This document shows positions 30,785-41,275 of a stretch of 64,000 bases of DNA, piece by piece. The stretch lies in contig CAXXDV010000003.1 in NCBI GenBank assembly GCA_963674745.2, positions 1,984,001 to 2,048,000 of the forward strand, written 5' to 3'. The position numbers and the translations under genes were made by a program. The notes beneath the pieces were generated by a model. It saw nothing but the letters and a program-made list of their open reading frames with translations, was not told where the DNA came from and did not search any database. The stretch is from Desulfosudaceae bacterium (lineage in GTDB: Bacteria > Desulfobacterota > Desulfobacteria > Desulfobacterales > Desulfosudaceae). Each line of letters starts with the position of its first letter. Within the stretch, counting starts at the first letter, position 1.

Positions 30785-31180
30785 GTTTCCCCCTAAAGGT
30801 GGCATTTTCAAACACAGTCTTCTCGCAGGTCATAACAGTGACCACCTGAGAAGAGCGGAAACTATAGGATGCGAATGTATTACCCGCTTCCCGACTTCCC
30901 CCTGACAAAAAAATATAATAAGTTAAACAATATTAATACCGTTTATCACACAATATGTCAAGGTATTTGGCGCCTTAAAACCATCCCCCCCCGGGGGAGT
31001 CGTCGGCTTATTCAGTGAATGCCCTTTTCAACTTTAAATAGTGTCGTTTTTCTCCGGTAATAGATGAACATGCCTTTAAATAACAAGCGCTTTGAATTTT
31101 ATTGAACAACTGGTAAAATTAAAATTAATACTTTATTACCGGATATGTAATAATCAAAATATTTAATAAAGGCGCCCTTA

Positions 31181-31939
31181 ATGAGACGTTTTTTTATCAA
31201 CCAGCCGGCTGCTCCCGGAACTTTGTATACCATACCCCATCCGGACGCCAATCACATCAGCAACGTACTTCGAATGAAAACCGGTGATGAAATATGGCTG
31301 TTTGACGGCCAGGGTTATGAATTTAAGGCGCGGGTCAACGACATTGCCGGCAACGGGGTAACCGTCGAGATAATCGATCGTTTGTTCTGTCCGTCGGAAT
31401 CACCCGTGCGTCTCACCGTCGGGCAGGCGGTTTTAAAACACAAAAAACTCGACACCACCCTCAGGCAGCTGACCGAACTGGGTATTGACGGTTGGATACC
31501 GGTCAACACGGAACGATCCGTTTCAAAAATCGATAACAAAAAAGAAAACGCAAAAATCGCGCGGTGGCAAACCATTATCCAGGAATCGGTCAAGCAATGC
31601 CAGCGGGGACAGATTCCCATTGTTTATCCGCCGGTTAACTTCCCGGAAGCCCTTTCTCTGAGTCGAAATCATGACATTAATATCATTTTCAGCGACAAGA
31701 ACGGAGAACCTCTTGACCGGATAAAGACCCGTATCCATTGCCCCGGAGCATCTATTTTCCTTCTACTGGGTCCTGAAGGCGGATTCACGCCCCGGGAAAT
31801 AGCCTCGGCCAGGCAGCATGGTTTCATTTCAGCCGGTTTGGGCCCGCGCATCCTTAAAGCGGATACCGCCGCCATTGCGGCCTGCGCCATTCTCCAGACT
31901 CTTTTTGGCGATATGGGAAAAAACGATCAATCTTCCTAA
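31181..31939 (+). CDS. rsmE: 16S rRNA m3U1498 methyltransferase
   Basis: MRRFF, HISNVLRM, TELG, QCQR, LGPEGGF, LGPRILKADTA. Confidence 0.93.
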   Translation: MRRFFINQPAAPGTLYTIPHPDANHISNVLRMKTGDEIWLFDGQGYEFKARVNDIAGNGVTVEIIDRLFCPSESPVRLTVGQAVLKHKKLDTTLRQLTELGIDGWIPVNTERSVSKIDNKKENAKIARWQTIIQESVKQCQRGQIPIVYPPVNFPEALSLSRNHDINIIFSDKNGEPLDRIKTRIHCPGASIFLLLGPEGGFTPREIASARQHGFISAGLGPRILKADTAAIAACAILQTLFGDMGKNDQSS

Positions 31940-31948
31940 TTATTTCTC

Positions 31949-31978
31949 TTGACAAAGCAGCGCCTTTCAAATTATTAA
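31949..31978 (+). promoter_or_regulatory. Putative sigma-70 promoter of tRNA-Phe
   Basis: TTGACA-18 nt-TATTAA ending 17 nt before the tRNA. Confidence 0.55.
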
Positions 31979-31995
31979 CACATTTAATTGCCTGG

Positions 31996-32071
31996 GCCGA
32001 GGTAGCTCAGTCGGTAGAGCAGGGGACTGAAAATCCCCGTGTCGGCAGTTCGATTCTGTCCCTCGGCACCA
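31996..32071 (+). tRNA. tRNA-Phe(GAA)
   Basis: 76 nt GCCGAGGTAGCTCAGTCGGTAGAGCAGGGGACTGAAAATCCCCGTGTCGGCAGTTCGATTCTGTCCCTCGGCACCA; cloverleaf, GAA anticodon, encoded CCA. Confidence 0.97.
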
Positions 32072-32091
32072 GCAATAAATATAACTATATC

Positions 32092-32125
32092 AATGGCTTA
32101 CTTCAAAGTAGCGGTAAGCCATTTT
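32092..32125 (+). terminator. Intrinsic terminator after tRNA-Phe
   Basis: AATGGCTTAC...GTAAGCCATT hairpin followed by a short T run. Confidence 0.6.
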
Positions 32126-32406
32126 CATTGGTGCCCTGCCCCGTGTGTGAAAAATATTCGGGCTTGTGAAAATAGGCAAACGATCAACTCTCGCACAGAC
32201 TTTATTTCTTTAATCATTTCAAGCTAACCTTGTATTTTGCAAAAGCAACTAGATCGGAGTATGTGATCTTTTATCCCCGGATCCGACTGTTCAGTCACCC
32301 CCTGAACATGTAGCGGAAAAGACTGACGTCTGAGAACATTTCACCCAAAACGATTAAAAATCACTTCACATAAATCGACAAAAATTCTTTTATAAACAGC
32401 ACAACC

Positions 32407-33012
32407 TTAAAGTGAATTCAAATATGTTTGAATGATTTTTTGTGATCCGACGCCACAACTGATAATTGACCTGAAGGCCTCTTCAGCCGAAACAGAAACC
32501 GGATGGACAAATTCTTTTTTTAAATGAAAAATATAACCGGTTGTCGGGTTGGGGCCGGTGGGGACAAAAACGGTATAAGTTCCATCTGGATGCTGTTCCG
32601 TTATAAATCCCGTCATTAACGTATTGTTTTCAAATGCGCGGACCATTGCCACAGACGAGAACGGCAGCCTGCCTTTTCCCAGAAACTGCATAACCGTTGT
32701 TTTTATCAAGGCGTATCCCGGCGCTCTGCTCATTATCCGTTTTTCAAAATTCTCCTGAATAAAAGTCCCTAATTTTGTCTTAACCAGAATACCGACCAGA
32801 AAACATCCGGTTAATATCAGCATTACGGCAAAGATGTCGGCTACAACTTCCATGAGATGAAAATGGGAAACCAGTAAGGTGGTAAAAGGCTGAATCAGGT
32901 TCGTGATTAACCTGAACAGCCACATAAATACAAAAATAAAAAGCGCCAGCGGCATGACGACCACAACACCACCAAGAATGGATGTCGTGACAAACGATTT
33001 TAGATTACCCAT
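32407..33012 (-). CDS. DUF502 family membrane protein
   Basis: Two TM segments; VFVPTGPNPTTG; AFRSIISCG. Confidence 0.85.
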   Translation of the reverse strand: MGNLKSFVTTSILGGVVVVMPLALFIFVFMWLFRLITNLIQPFTTLLVSHFHLMEVVADIFAVMLILTGCFLVGILVKTKLGTFIQENFEKRIMSRAPGYALIKTTVMQFLGKGRLPFSSVAMVRAFENNTLMTGFITEQHPDGTYTVFVPTGPNPTTGYIFHLKKEFVHPVSVSAEEAFRSIISCGVGSQKIIQTYLNSL

Positions 33013-33107
33013 TTCAAGCCGCCTGTTTCCGCAATTGATCCGCTAAATAATTGATAACTCATTGAATCCCCTTCCTACGATATTCGCTTTTGATTTCACA
33101 AAAATCG

Positions 33108-34586
33108 TTAAAAGACTGTATTCATACAGTTAATTAGCTTTTCGATTTCGACTGTTGCTATGCCGGAATTGATATCGGACATGGCATAGGGAATGACCAG
33201 TTCGTTATTATGAATTATCGCACCGCAGGAATAAACGACATTGGGTACATATCCCTCGCGTTCTTTCTCATGTGGGGCAAGTAACGGCTCATCAAGACGG
33301 GCGATAATTTTTGAAGGTTTATCAAGATCAAGCAGCATGGCGCTGATGCAATATTGACGCATAGGCCCGACACCGTGGGTGAGCACGAGCCAACCTTTGT
33401 CGGTCTCCAGGGGGGAACCGCAGTTACCGATCTGAAAGAACTCCCAGGGATATTCAGGTTCCTGGATGATTTGGGACTTCTGCCAGAAATGGATGTTATC
33501 TGAGAACATGATATGATTATTTTCACCGTCCTGGCGTGAGAGCATCACATAACGGCCGTTAATTTTCCGCGGGAAAAGTGCCATGCCTTTATTTTGTACG
33601 GCTTTGCCGTTGAGTGTGAGAATGTTGAATGTGATGAAATCTTTGGTTTCAATCAACTGCGGTAAAATCGTAATGCCATTATAAGCGGTATAGGTAGCAT
33701 AGTAAATGACCTCTCCGTTGTCATTGAAAAATTGCACGAACCGGGCATCTTCAATACCCCTGCTTTCGTTTTTTGAAACGGGAAAGATCACCCGTTCGGA
33801 TATGGGATGATCGGGGTGAAAGCTCACCTCGTAATTGGAATCCGCAAGCCAGCACATGACCTCGAAGGTTCTGTTCTGGAACGCTTCAGAAAATAGCGGC
33901 TTTGTGCGAAGTTGTTTGATTATCTCTATTAATTCATTATAAGTAAAATCCTCCGGCAGCTGGTTAAGAATATGGGCGGTTATCTCATTGGCGGCCCCCA
34001 TCTCGTTAAGTTTTCGTTGGAACGGATTGCGTTTGTAAACCGCGTCTACCTGGAGATCCGGGGTTTCCACAAAATCACTGATCGGGTCGAAGAAGAATTT
34101 GTTGTTTCGGTCAAGGATACCGCTACGAAAGACAATGGACGAAATATGGCCTTCGCCGGTTGCCCGCAGACTCATGACAAAACGCAGGCTGCCTTTTTTC
34201 AAGTGGCTCTGATCAGGATGGGGGATGATGGAAGGGTTAAAAAGGGCTGCCGATTCAATGGAGTATTCCTTTGTAAAGTAAGCGCCGATGAGCGCCTTTT
34301 GGACATCGCTGAGGATTGTTTTCTGGGGAATATAATCCTTCACCTCCGTTAAGTGCTGCTCAAAAATGTGTTCGATATTTTCGTGTCGTCCGGAAAAGTC
34401 GGCCATTATTTGTGAGATTAAATTATTAGCCGTTGTTTCAGGCAAGCTCATTATCCGGGCAATTATTTTTGCTATACGATACCCTTCTTCGGGAACATTA
34501 AGCTGAGTGATCACCCGTGAGGTATCCCCTGTGATCTTAATCGCCTTTCTTTTAACGTTCAGCTTCTGATTCATTTTTACCTGCAT
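33108..34586 (-). CDS. Glycoside hydrolase family 130 protein (long form)
   Basis: EYSIESAALFNPS, SLRATGEGHISSI, GIEDARF, QIGNCGSP, GYVPNVVYSCG. Start taken at MQVK (34586). Confidence 0.85.
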   Translation of the reverse strand: MQVKMNQKLNVKRKAIKITGDTSRVITQLNVPEEGYRIAKIIARIMSLPETTANNLISQIMADFSGRHENIEHIFEQHLTEVKDYIPQKTILSDVQKALIGAYFTKEYSIESAALFNPSIIPHPDQSHLKKGSLRFVMSLRATGEGHISSIVFRSGILDRNNKFFFDPISDFVETPDLQVDAVYKRNPFQRKLNEMGAANEITAHILNQLPEDFTYNELIEIIKQLRTKPLFSEAFQNRTFEVMCWLADSNYEVSFHPDHPISERVIFPVSKNESRGIEDARFVQFFNDNGEVIYYATYTAYNGITILPQLIETKDFITFNILTLNGKAVQNKGMALFPRKINGRYVMLSRQDGENNHIMFSDNIHFWQKSQIIQEPEYPWEFFQIGNCGSPLETDKGWLVLTHGVGPMRQYCISAMLLDLDKPSKIIARLDEPLLAPHEKEREGYVPNVVYSCGAIIHNNELVIPYAMSDINSGIATVEIEKLINCMNTVF

Positions 34587-34629
34587 ATACGCTGTGTCCT
34601 TATTGTTGGTTGAATTTTTATAAAATAAT

Positions 34630-35571
34630 TTACAACGGCGGCCGGGAAGCCGTGAGACAAAGCGAAACCAGATCTTCAATCACGGCTGTGCCAACGCACA
34701 TGACCGTATCTGCGCCGCCCCAGTATATTTTCACCGTACCGTCCTTTTCCGGAACAGCACCGCAGGTAAAAACCACATTGGGGACATAACCAGTTGTCTC
34801 CCAGGGATCTTCAGGCTGCAATATCCATTGATCGGAAACACCGATGATCTTGGCTGGATCATCAAGGTCATGCAGGGCCGCGCCGAGTCGATACACGGCT
34901 CCGGCCATTGTTTTAAAGACGCCATGATAAATATGAAGCCAGCCCTGGCCGGTTTTAAACGGCGGCGCGCCGGGTCCGATTTTCATTTCATCCCAGTGAT
35001 AGGCCAGCGGCCTCATAATTACCCGGGAATTGCCCCAGTGCATCAGGTCCGGAGAATATGAAATCCAGATCGACCAGGGCAAAATTTCCGAATGCGGCCG
35101 GTCCAGGCGCGCATAGCGGCCGCCGAACTTTTCAGGAAAAATGACCACGTTGCGAAGGTCTGCCTGGGTGATCAGGGCAATACGTTCCACTGTTTCAAAA
35201 TCCCGGGTGCGCGCCAGGGCAATCCGCACGCCGTGACGGGAATAGGCGCTATAGGTCAGCAGGTACTCATCCTCTACCGGCGAAATCCTCAGGTCTTCGA
35301 CGCCGAACGCTTCATATTCGGCAAAGACCCTGTCTGTTGAAGGTATCAGAAAGGGTTCGGGATGAACCGTAAATGAAAATCCATCCTCGCTGTCGGCCCT
35401 GCCAATAATGGAACGCCCGTTCATCAGATGGGATCTGAAAAGCATGATGTAACGATCATTGTGTTTGACAACGCCGGCGTTGTGGACAGTCGCAACCGGA
35501 TACGGCACATCTTTTCGGGTCAGGATGGGGTTCTTTTTAAAACGAGTTATTATTGGGTTCTGGATTTTCAA
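34630..35571 (-). CDS. Glycoside hydrolase family 130 (beta-mannoside phosphorylase-like)
   Basis: NPIL, VHNAG, GVEDLRI, KIGPGAPP, IYHGV, GYVPNVVFTCG, YWGGAD. Confidence 0.88.
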   Translation of the reverse strand: MKIQNPIITRFKKNPILTRKDVPYPVATVHNAGVVKHNDRYIMLFRSHLMNGRSIIGRADSEDGFSFTVHPEPFLIPSTDRVFAEYEAFGVEDLRISPVEDEYLLTYSAYSRHGVRIALARTRDFETVERIALITQADLRNVVIFPEKFGGRYARLDRPHSEILPWSIWISYSPDLMHWGNSRVIMRPLAYHWDEMKIGPGAPPFKTGQGWLHIYHGVFKTMAGAVYRLGAALHDLDDPAKIIGVSDQWILQPEDPWETTGYVPNVVFTCGAVPEKDGTVKIYWGGADTVMCVGTAVIEDLVSLCLTASRPPL

Positions 35572-36587
35572 AGGGGTCTATCCTGTAAAATCATTTCATA
35601 GAGGTTTATGTATTCATCAACCATGCGATCGACCGTGAAATGCCGTTCAACATGGCGACGGCAGTCTGCACGGTCAATCTCTTCAATATGTTCAACCGCC
35701 TTAATGGCCTCGTTTACATTGTCGACCAAAAAACCGTTTTTTCCGTTTTCAATCAATTCAGGCATACTGCCCCTGTCAAAGGCGATCACGGGCGTACCGC
35801 AGGCCATGGATTCGATAACGGACAGACCAAAAGGCTCATCAAATTGTATGGGGTGCAACAGCGCGCGCGCGTTGCCGAGCAGCCGGTTTCGCTCAACCGG
35901 TCCGACGCTGCCGACATAAACCACCATATTATTGTCGATGTGAGGGGCGACATACTGATCATAGTAAGCCTCGTCCTGGATAATACCTGCCAGTATCAGT
36001 TTTTTATGGCAGGCCCTGGCGATTTCGATCGCTTGCCGCACGCCCTTGTCATGGTGAATGCGCCCAAAAAAAAGCAGATAATCATCCGGAGCAGACTGAA
36101 AATCAAACTGCCTGATGTCAATGCCATGATGAATGGTTCTGATATAATCCAGATCCGGCGACCGGTCGGCATCGCTGATGGAAACATAGTAAGTTTTACC
36201 GTTGTACTTTTTATAAACAGGCAAAATCCCGGGCGATGAAAAGCCGTGAATGGTGGTCACCACCGGGGTGGTGGTCAGGCCGGTATACGTCAGCGGCAGA
36301 AAATCAAAATTGTTATGGATAATGTCAAACTTGTCGGCATGATCAAATAGTTCTGAAATGTGCAGGCACTCCCAGACTTTTGGTATGAGTGAGCGGTCTT
36401 CCTCATAGCCCCGCGGACAGACGGCTTGCAGCGTGCCGCTGGTCTTTGAATCCGCGGTCGCGAACAAGGTGACCTCATGACCGCGTGTTACCAGCCCTTC
36501 GGTTAAAAGGGAAGCCACGCTTTCCCAGGGGCCATAATGACGTGGGGGCGTTCGCCAGGCAATGGGTGAGAGCATCGCGATGTGCAT
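35568..36587 (-). CDS. Glycosyltransferase family 4
   Basis: PPRHYGPWE, FGRIHHDKG, EPFGLSVIESMACGTPV. Confidence 0.9.
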   Translation of the reverse strand: MHIAMLSPIAWRTPPRHYGPWESVASLLTEGLVTRGHEVTLFATADSKTSGTLQAVCPRGYEEDRSLIPKVWECLHISELFDHADKFDIIHNNFDFLPLTYTGLTTTPVVTTIHGFSSPGILPVYKKYNGKTYYVSISDADRSPDLDYIRTIHHGIDIRQFDFQSAPDDYLLFFGRIHHDKGVRQAIEIARACHKKLILAGIIQDEAYYDQYVAPHIDNNMVVYVGSVGPVERNRLLGNARALLHPIQFDEPFGLSVIESMACGTPVIAFDRGSMPELIENGKNGFLVDNVNEAIKAVEHIEEIDRADCRRHVERHFTVDRMVDEYINLYEMILQDRPL

Positions 36588-36601
36588 GGCTGATCCTTTA
36601 C

Positions 36602-38947
36602 CTAATTGGCTTTCGAGAACGATGCCGATTTAAGGACTTCGTCGGCATAGAGATGCTGCAAAGATATCAGCGACAGCAGCCAGGCAAGGGACGATTCAGC
36701 ACCCTCATTCTGGTTAATGCCGTCCGCCATCAAGCCATCCCGGCAGCCGCCGGTCTTGGGATCATAGAGCGGCATATTCAGGTCATTTTGTCCGAGAAAC
36801 CAGTTAAAACACATGACGGCGTTGTCGAACCAGGTGTGGTCACGGGTGATATTAAACGCTTCAATACAGGCTTCAATCATGGCATTGGCTTCGACGGGCT
36901 GCTGGTCGAAACGTGCTCTATGACCGCCTTTTTCATACCATCCGTTGCTGCCGATGGGCACAAAGTGATTATCTTCGGTTTGGATGGCAAGCAGCCACTT
37001 GAGGGCGTTAAGTCCCATATCGATCATGTCGCTTCTTTGCATCCTTTTGCCGGACACCAGCAGGGCTTGGGGCAGTTTGCCGTTAGCATAGTTCAACGCG
37101 TTTTCAAGCCAGGGCCAATCGACTGTTCCATTGTGTACGAACTGATTAAAAAGTCTGTCGGCAAGTGCGTCACGGACCCTGCGCACATCACTGTCGCCGG
37201 AAAATTTATGCAGGTAAGCATTTATGCCTACTAGAGAAAAAGCCATAGCGCGAGGCGAATAAAAACCCTCGGCCGCTCTCAACGCCTTGTTGAAAAGGGT
37301 TGTGCTCATTGCCAGATGCCCTGGATCGTCGAGAAAAGCCACTGCTTTACCCAGACACCAGATCGCCCTGCCATGGGCATCCTCTGATCCGACATCCTCC
37401 ATCCACTGCCGTGAATACGTCATGAAATTGCGAAAGCGCCCATTCTTTTCATTATAAGCATACAGAAGAAATCCAAGATAATGGCCGCTTAGAGAATCAA
37501 GTCCAAAACCGTTTGTCGGCAGGTATTTCTGTCCCATTGCGACAACCAGCAGGGCTCTGGCATTATCATCGGTGCAATAGCCATGAGCGCGATCAGGAAT
37601 GGTATGGTTGGCATGTTGCAGGATGCCGGTATCATCGGTAAACGCTTTCAGGTGATCGAGCTTGATCTCCGGGAGCTCGAAATTTGTGATGGCCTTGATG
37701 TTTTCCACATAGGAATAACGGGGACGGGGGTTTTGGGTGCGATTTTGCCGCACTTCACTGAAAACCTGGAGGTATTTTTGGGCTACCGCTTTCCAAACCG
37801 CTTCACGGCTGAAGGTATAAGCCTTTTTACGCATGGCGTGCCGTTCCACATCGTTGTCAAAAAGTTCGATAATTTGTCCGGCGATGGCATCCGGATTGCG
37901 AAAGGGTACAATCCGGCCCCGGCCTTCAGCCAGCATCTCAACGGCATACCAGTATGGTGTTGAGATGACGGCTTTGCCTGTGCCCATGGCATAGGCAAGC
38001 GTCCCTGAGGAAATCTGGGATTCTTCAAGATAAGGGGTTACGTAAATATCGGCAATGCCGAGAAACTCGCACAACTCTTCTAGTTCAACAAAACGATTTT
38101 GAAAAATCACATTTTCGCCGATGTCGAGTTTGCGCACGAGCTGCTGCAGCATGATACGGTATTCGTCGCCATGAGACTTTAAGATATGCGGGTGTGTCGC
38201 GCCCAGAATGATATAGACGACATCAGGATGTTTTTTGATGACCATGGGAAGCGCCTGCAGCACATTCTCTATACCCTTATTCGGGGAGAGCAGGCCGAAT
38301 GTGAGCAGCACCTTTTTGCCTTCCACCCTGAACTTATCTTTGTAGTAGCTTGAATCAATAAACGGCGTATCCGGAATGCCATGATGAATAAAAGCGATTT
38401 TCTCCTCGGGTACTGCATAGACATCCCTGAGAAAATCGGATGCCTTGAGACTCATCACCACCAGTTTATCAGACAGATCGGACAGTTTACACATGACGTC
38501 ACGATATTCAGGAGCAGGATCCTTCAGAATCGTATGCAATGTTGTTACGACCGGCATGCGCAGATCACCTAACAGTTTAAGCAGGTGACTGCCGGCCGGA
38601 CCGCCGAAAATTCCGTATTCATGCTGTACGCAGACAATGTCCGTCTGGCTGATATTAATAAATTGAGCGGCAATACCGTAATCGGCCAATTTGTTCTGGT
38701 TGATCTCAAATCGCACTTTTTTCGGATATAGATATCCCTCAAGTTTATCATTCATGGCAGCCGCCCAGCATTTAATTCCGGGCGTTTGCGCCGATAAAGC
38801 CTCGACCAGGTCGGTTGTGAAAGTAGCGATACCGCACTGGCGGGGCAGATAGTTACCTATTACGGCAACTGATTCGATTCCCTCGTAACATTTAATACCA
38901 GATGTCATAACAATTGCTGCCTTTTTGCTTTTACGTTGATCTTTCAT
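36602..38947 (-). CDS. Glycosyltransferase family 4 fused to a C-terminal glycosidase-like domain
   Basis: PRQCGIATFT, QHEYGIFGG, FGLLSPNKGIE, SGTLAYA; then GYCTDDNARAL, SEDAHGR, FDQQP, NEGAES. Confidence 0.85.
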   Translation of the reverse strand: MKDQRKSKKAAIVMTSGIKCYEGIESVAVIGNYLPRQCGIATFTTDLVEALSAQTPGIKCWAAAMNDKLEGYLYPKKVRFEINQNKLADYGIAAQFINISQTDIVCVQHEYGIFGGPAGSHLLKLLGDLRMPVVTTLHTILKDPAPEYRDVMCKLSDLSDKLVVMSLKASDFLRDVYAVPEEKIAFIHHGIPDTPFIDSSYYKDKFRVEGKKVLLTFGLLSPNKGIENVLQALPMVIKKHPDVVYIILGATHPHILKSHGDEYRIMLQQLVRKLDIGENVIFQNRFVELEELCEFLGIADIYVTPYLEESQISSGTLAYAMGTGKAVISTPYWYAVEMLAEGRGRIVPFRNPDAIAGQIIELFDNDVERHAMRKKAYTFSREAVWKAVAQKYLQVFSEVRQNRTQNPRPRYSYVENIKAITNFELPEIKLDHLKAFTDDTGILQHANHTIPDRAHGYCTDDNARALLVVAMGQKYLPTNGFGLDSLSGHYLGFLLYAYNEKNGRFRNFMTYSRQWMEDVGSEDAHGRAIWCLGKAVAFLDDPGHLAMSTTLFNKALRAAEGFYSPRAMAFSLVGINAYLHKFSGDSDVRRVRDALADRLFNQFVHNGTVDWPWLENALNYANGKLPQALLVSGKRMQRSDMIDMGLNALKWLLAIQTEDNHFVPIGSNGWYEKGGHRARFDQQPVEANAMIEACIEAFNITRDHTWFDNAVMCFNWFLGQNDLNMPLYDPKTGGCRDGLMADGINQNEGAESSLAWLLSLISLQHLYADEVLKSASFSKAN

Positions 38948-39062
38948 TTGTCAAAATCGATGGCACTTTATCCTTTTTCCCCTTTCGTTTCTCTTTCAGC
39001 GTTTGTTTACCTTTTTTCTGTTCTTCACGTTTGCCTTTATCCCGTTTTCCTTTGTCGCCCAT
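38931..39062 (-). CDS. Small Lys-rich basic protein (43 aa)
   Basis: Below the ORF-track cutoff. AAGGAAACCAA-ATG; MGDKGKRDKGKREEQKKGKQTLKEKRKGKKDKVPSILTNERST*. Fills the gap between clsB and the GT4 fusion in the same orientation. Confidence 0.55.
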   Translation of the reverse strand: MGDKGKRDKGKREEQKKGKQTLKEKRKGKKDKVPSILTNERST

Positions 39063-39093
39063 TTGGTTTCCTTTTCTTTATGAATTATTGTTT

Positions 39094-40260
39094 TTATCCA
39101 TGGCCGGACGGTTCACCCGGGGCATACCCGGCTATTCCTGTCATGAATCTCACAACCCAATAGCTTAGCCAGCTTGTCAGGCGGAACCGAAATGACTTCG
39201 AGCTCAATTTGTTCCCGAAAATCCGTCGAGCGCCGTCCTTGATTGCCTGCTCCATGCTATACTTTAATTCTTTGGCAAAATCTTCATCATCAACAACGAC
39301 ATTTGCTTCCAAAGAAAGCAGCAGGCTGAGCGGATCAAGATTTGAAGATCCCACTGTAGCCCAATGATTATCAATCACGGCAACTTTGGCGTGCATCATA
39401 CTCTTGTGATATTCGTAGATCTCAATCCCGGCATCGAAAAAATCGCCATACAAGGCATGTGAAGCATAATGCAGCAGGCGATGATCCATTTTGCCCTGCA
39501 ACAGCAAAACCACCCGGACGCCACGCCCAGACGCATCCAAAAGCGCCCGCCGGAAATTCAATCCCGGGAAAAAGTAGGCATTGGCCAGAATGATTTCAAA
39601 TTGTGCCTGTTCAATTGCCAAAAGATAGGCCTCTTCAATATCCCGGCGATGGCGGATGTTATTCCGTATCATAAAACCAGAGCGCATCCGGCCCATGGCT
39701 TCGACTGAAGGGACTTGTCTGTAATCTTCCCGACCCAGGCCGGGAAGCATGCGGGACCAGGTCACTCGCGCCCACAACCGGCGGGAAGAGGTATAAATTT
39801 TTGTCACCAGCGGCCCCTCCACACGGACAGCGTAGTCATGACGAATCGGTGTTTGATCAGGCATATTCATATCATCGATTATATTAATCCCTCCGACAAA
39901 CGCCATCTTCCGGTCCACAACCAATACTTTGCGGTGCAAGCGCCGCAACCGCCGGCGTCGCAACGTCCAGGGCGATGTCCTAGGCCGGAACTTCAATACC
40001 ATTACGCCAGCCGCTTCCATGTAATCCATCATGGTTTTCGGAAAACGCTTCGAACCGAATCCATCCATTAAAACGTGGACTTTTACGCCACGCAAGGCCG
40101 CCCGCCTGAGCGCATCCGCAATGCGCTGCCCGGTATTGTCATTTTCGAAAATATAGCTTTCCAGGTAAATCTCACGCTCCGCCAGGTAAAACGCCGCTTC
40201 GATCGCCGGAAAATAAGCTTCGCCGTTTTGTAACAGGGTAATGTGATTGTTTGGAATCAT
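39094..40260 (-). CDS. clsB: Cardiolipin synthase B
   Basis: LLQNGEAYFP, two HKD motifs (LHRKVLVVD, HAKVAVID), GSSNLDPLSLLLSLEAN. Confidence 0.88.
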   Translation of the reverse strand: MIPNNHITLLQNGEAYFPAIEAAFYLAEREIYLESYIFENDNTGQRIADALRRAALRGVKVHVLMDGFGSKRFPKTMMDYMEAAGVMVLKFRPRTSPWTLRRRRLRRLHRKVLVVDRKMAFVGGINIIDDMNMPDQTPIRHDYAVRVEGPLVTKIYTSSRRLWARVTWSRMLPGLGREDYRQVPSVEAMGRMRSGFMIRNNIRHRRDIEEAYLLAIEQAQFEIILANAYFFPGLNFRRALLDASGRGVRVVLLLQGKMDHRLLHYASHALYGDFFDAGIEIYEYHKSMMHAKVAVIDNHWATVGSSNLDPLSLLLSLEANVVVDDEDFAKELKYSMEQAIKDGARRIFGNKLSSKSFRFRLTSWLSYWVVRFMTGIAGYAPGEPSGHG

Positions 40261-40334
40261 ACGGAGCAAAACAGGTCCATCCTTTTTCTGAATTGGCGCT
40301 GCCTGTCGGAAATATCAAGCGAACGTCTGGTCGG

Positions 40335-40556
40335 TTACTGCGGCTTGGTGTAGGGGTGGTTTTTGTGGTACAGACGCAGTTGAGAAGCAAACCAGCCCAG
40401 GACAATTCCAATTGATAAAATCAAAAGCATCACCAATGCCCTGGACATTGACAACGTCCAAAATAAAAACGTCAGTTCTACCGTCGTGACATTCTGGATG
40501 ATGAATAATACCACCATCCCAATCAGTGTTAAGCTAAGGATAAATTTGTAGTTCAT
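40335..40556 (-). CDS. LapA/DUF1049-family small membrane protein
   Basis: GAGGAG RBS; FIIQN...V.LTFLFW pattern with two TM helices. Confidence 0.75.
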   Translation of the reverse strand: MNYKFILSLTLIGMVVLFIIQNVTTVELTFLFWTLSMSRALVMLLILSIGIVLGWFASQLRLYHKNHPYTKPQ

Positions 40557-40722
40557 TGTTATCTCCTCTATATTTTACGAAGGAACCTCAACTGTCGCGG
40601 CCGTTCACAGCTCACCAGCCACAAGCGATCACTCATGCCATATTCCGTGATCACGGACCGGGCAAAACACAATTCCTGCGTTTGCTTTGGCCTGCTGTTA
40701 ATCGTTCATCGGGTTTCGAAAT

Positions 40723-41199
40723 TCAGGAAAACGATTCCGCGTCTAAATCAGTTTGTATATTGCTTTGTGTATATCCTGTAAGCTGGAGTTGAATTTGTTT
40801 TAATGTTGCGCCTTTCAAAACCCATGTCTCGGCTTTTCCCAGATCAATTGATCCTGATATACCGGTTTCCCTGACAACAATCTTTTTTATTGTTTTTTCA
40901 TTTAATTCATCCGGATTGACATGCACCACCTTAATTTCATCAGCATCAGTGAGGGAAGAAAATCCACCAGGCAGATAAATCGCGCCATTAGAAAAATCTA
41001 CGGCAAAGGCAATAATACCCGGGATAAGAAAAAACAGAAGCCCCACTCCATCCAGAACTGCGACTCCCGCATCAATGCGTCCGCTACTCTGCCCTCTTCT
41101 TTCAGGATACAAGATCGTGCCACAAGCTGATATTTGAACGAGAAAAACAATTGAAACAAACACGGCGAGTATGTTGTTGGAAAGTACTCTCTTTTTCAT
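40723..41199 (-). CDS. Hypothetical lipoprotein
   Basis: AGGAG RBS; ISAC lipobox; CGTILYPERRGQ...FAVDFSNGAIYLP. Confidence 0.7.
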   Translation of the reverse strand: MKKRVLSNNILAVFVSIVFLVQISACGTILYPERRGQSSGRIDAGVAVLDGVGLLFFLIPGIIAFAVDFSNGAIYLPGGFSSLTDADEIKVVHVNPDELNEKTIKKIVVRETGISGSIDLGKAETWVLKGATLKQIQLQLTGYTQSNIQTDLDAESFS

Positions 41200-41275
41200 C
41201 TCAAAATCTCCTTCATCAATAAAGCCCCTTCAATAGCGCCGCCGCGAACGTTAATTCAAAAGCGTAAGACAATAA

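Noticed and set aside
30815..30860. Riboswitch in the 5' UTR of the acidic protein gene
   Set aside because: A hairpin (CTTCTC..GGTCA..TGACC..GAGAAG) is present but matches no riboswitch consensus I can recognise.
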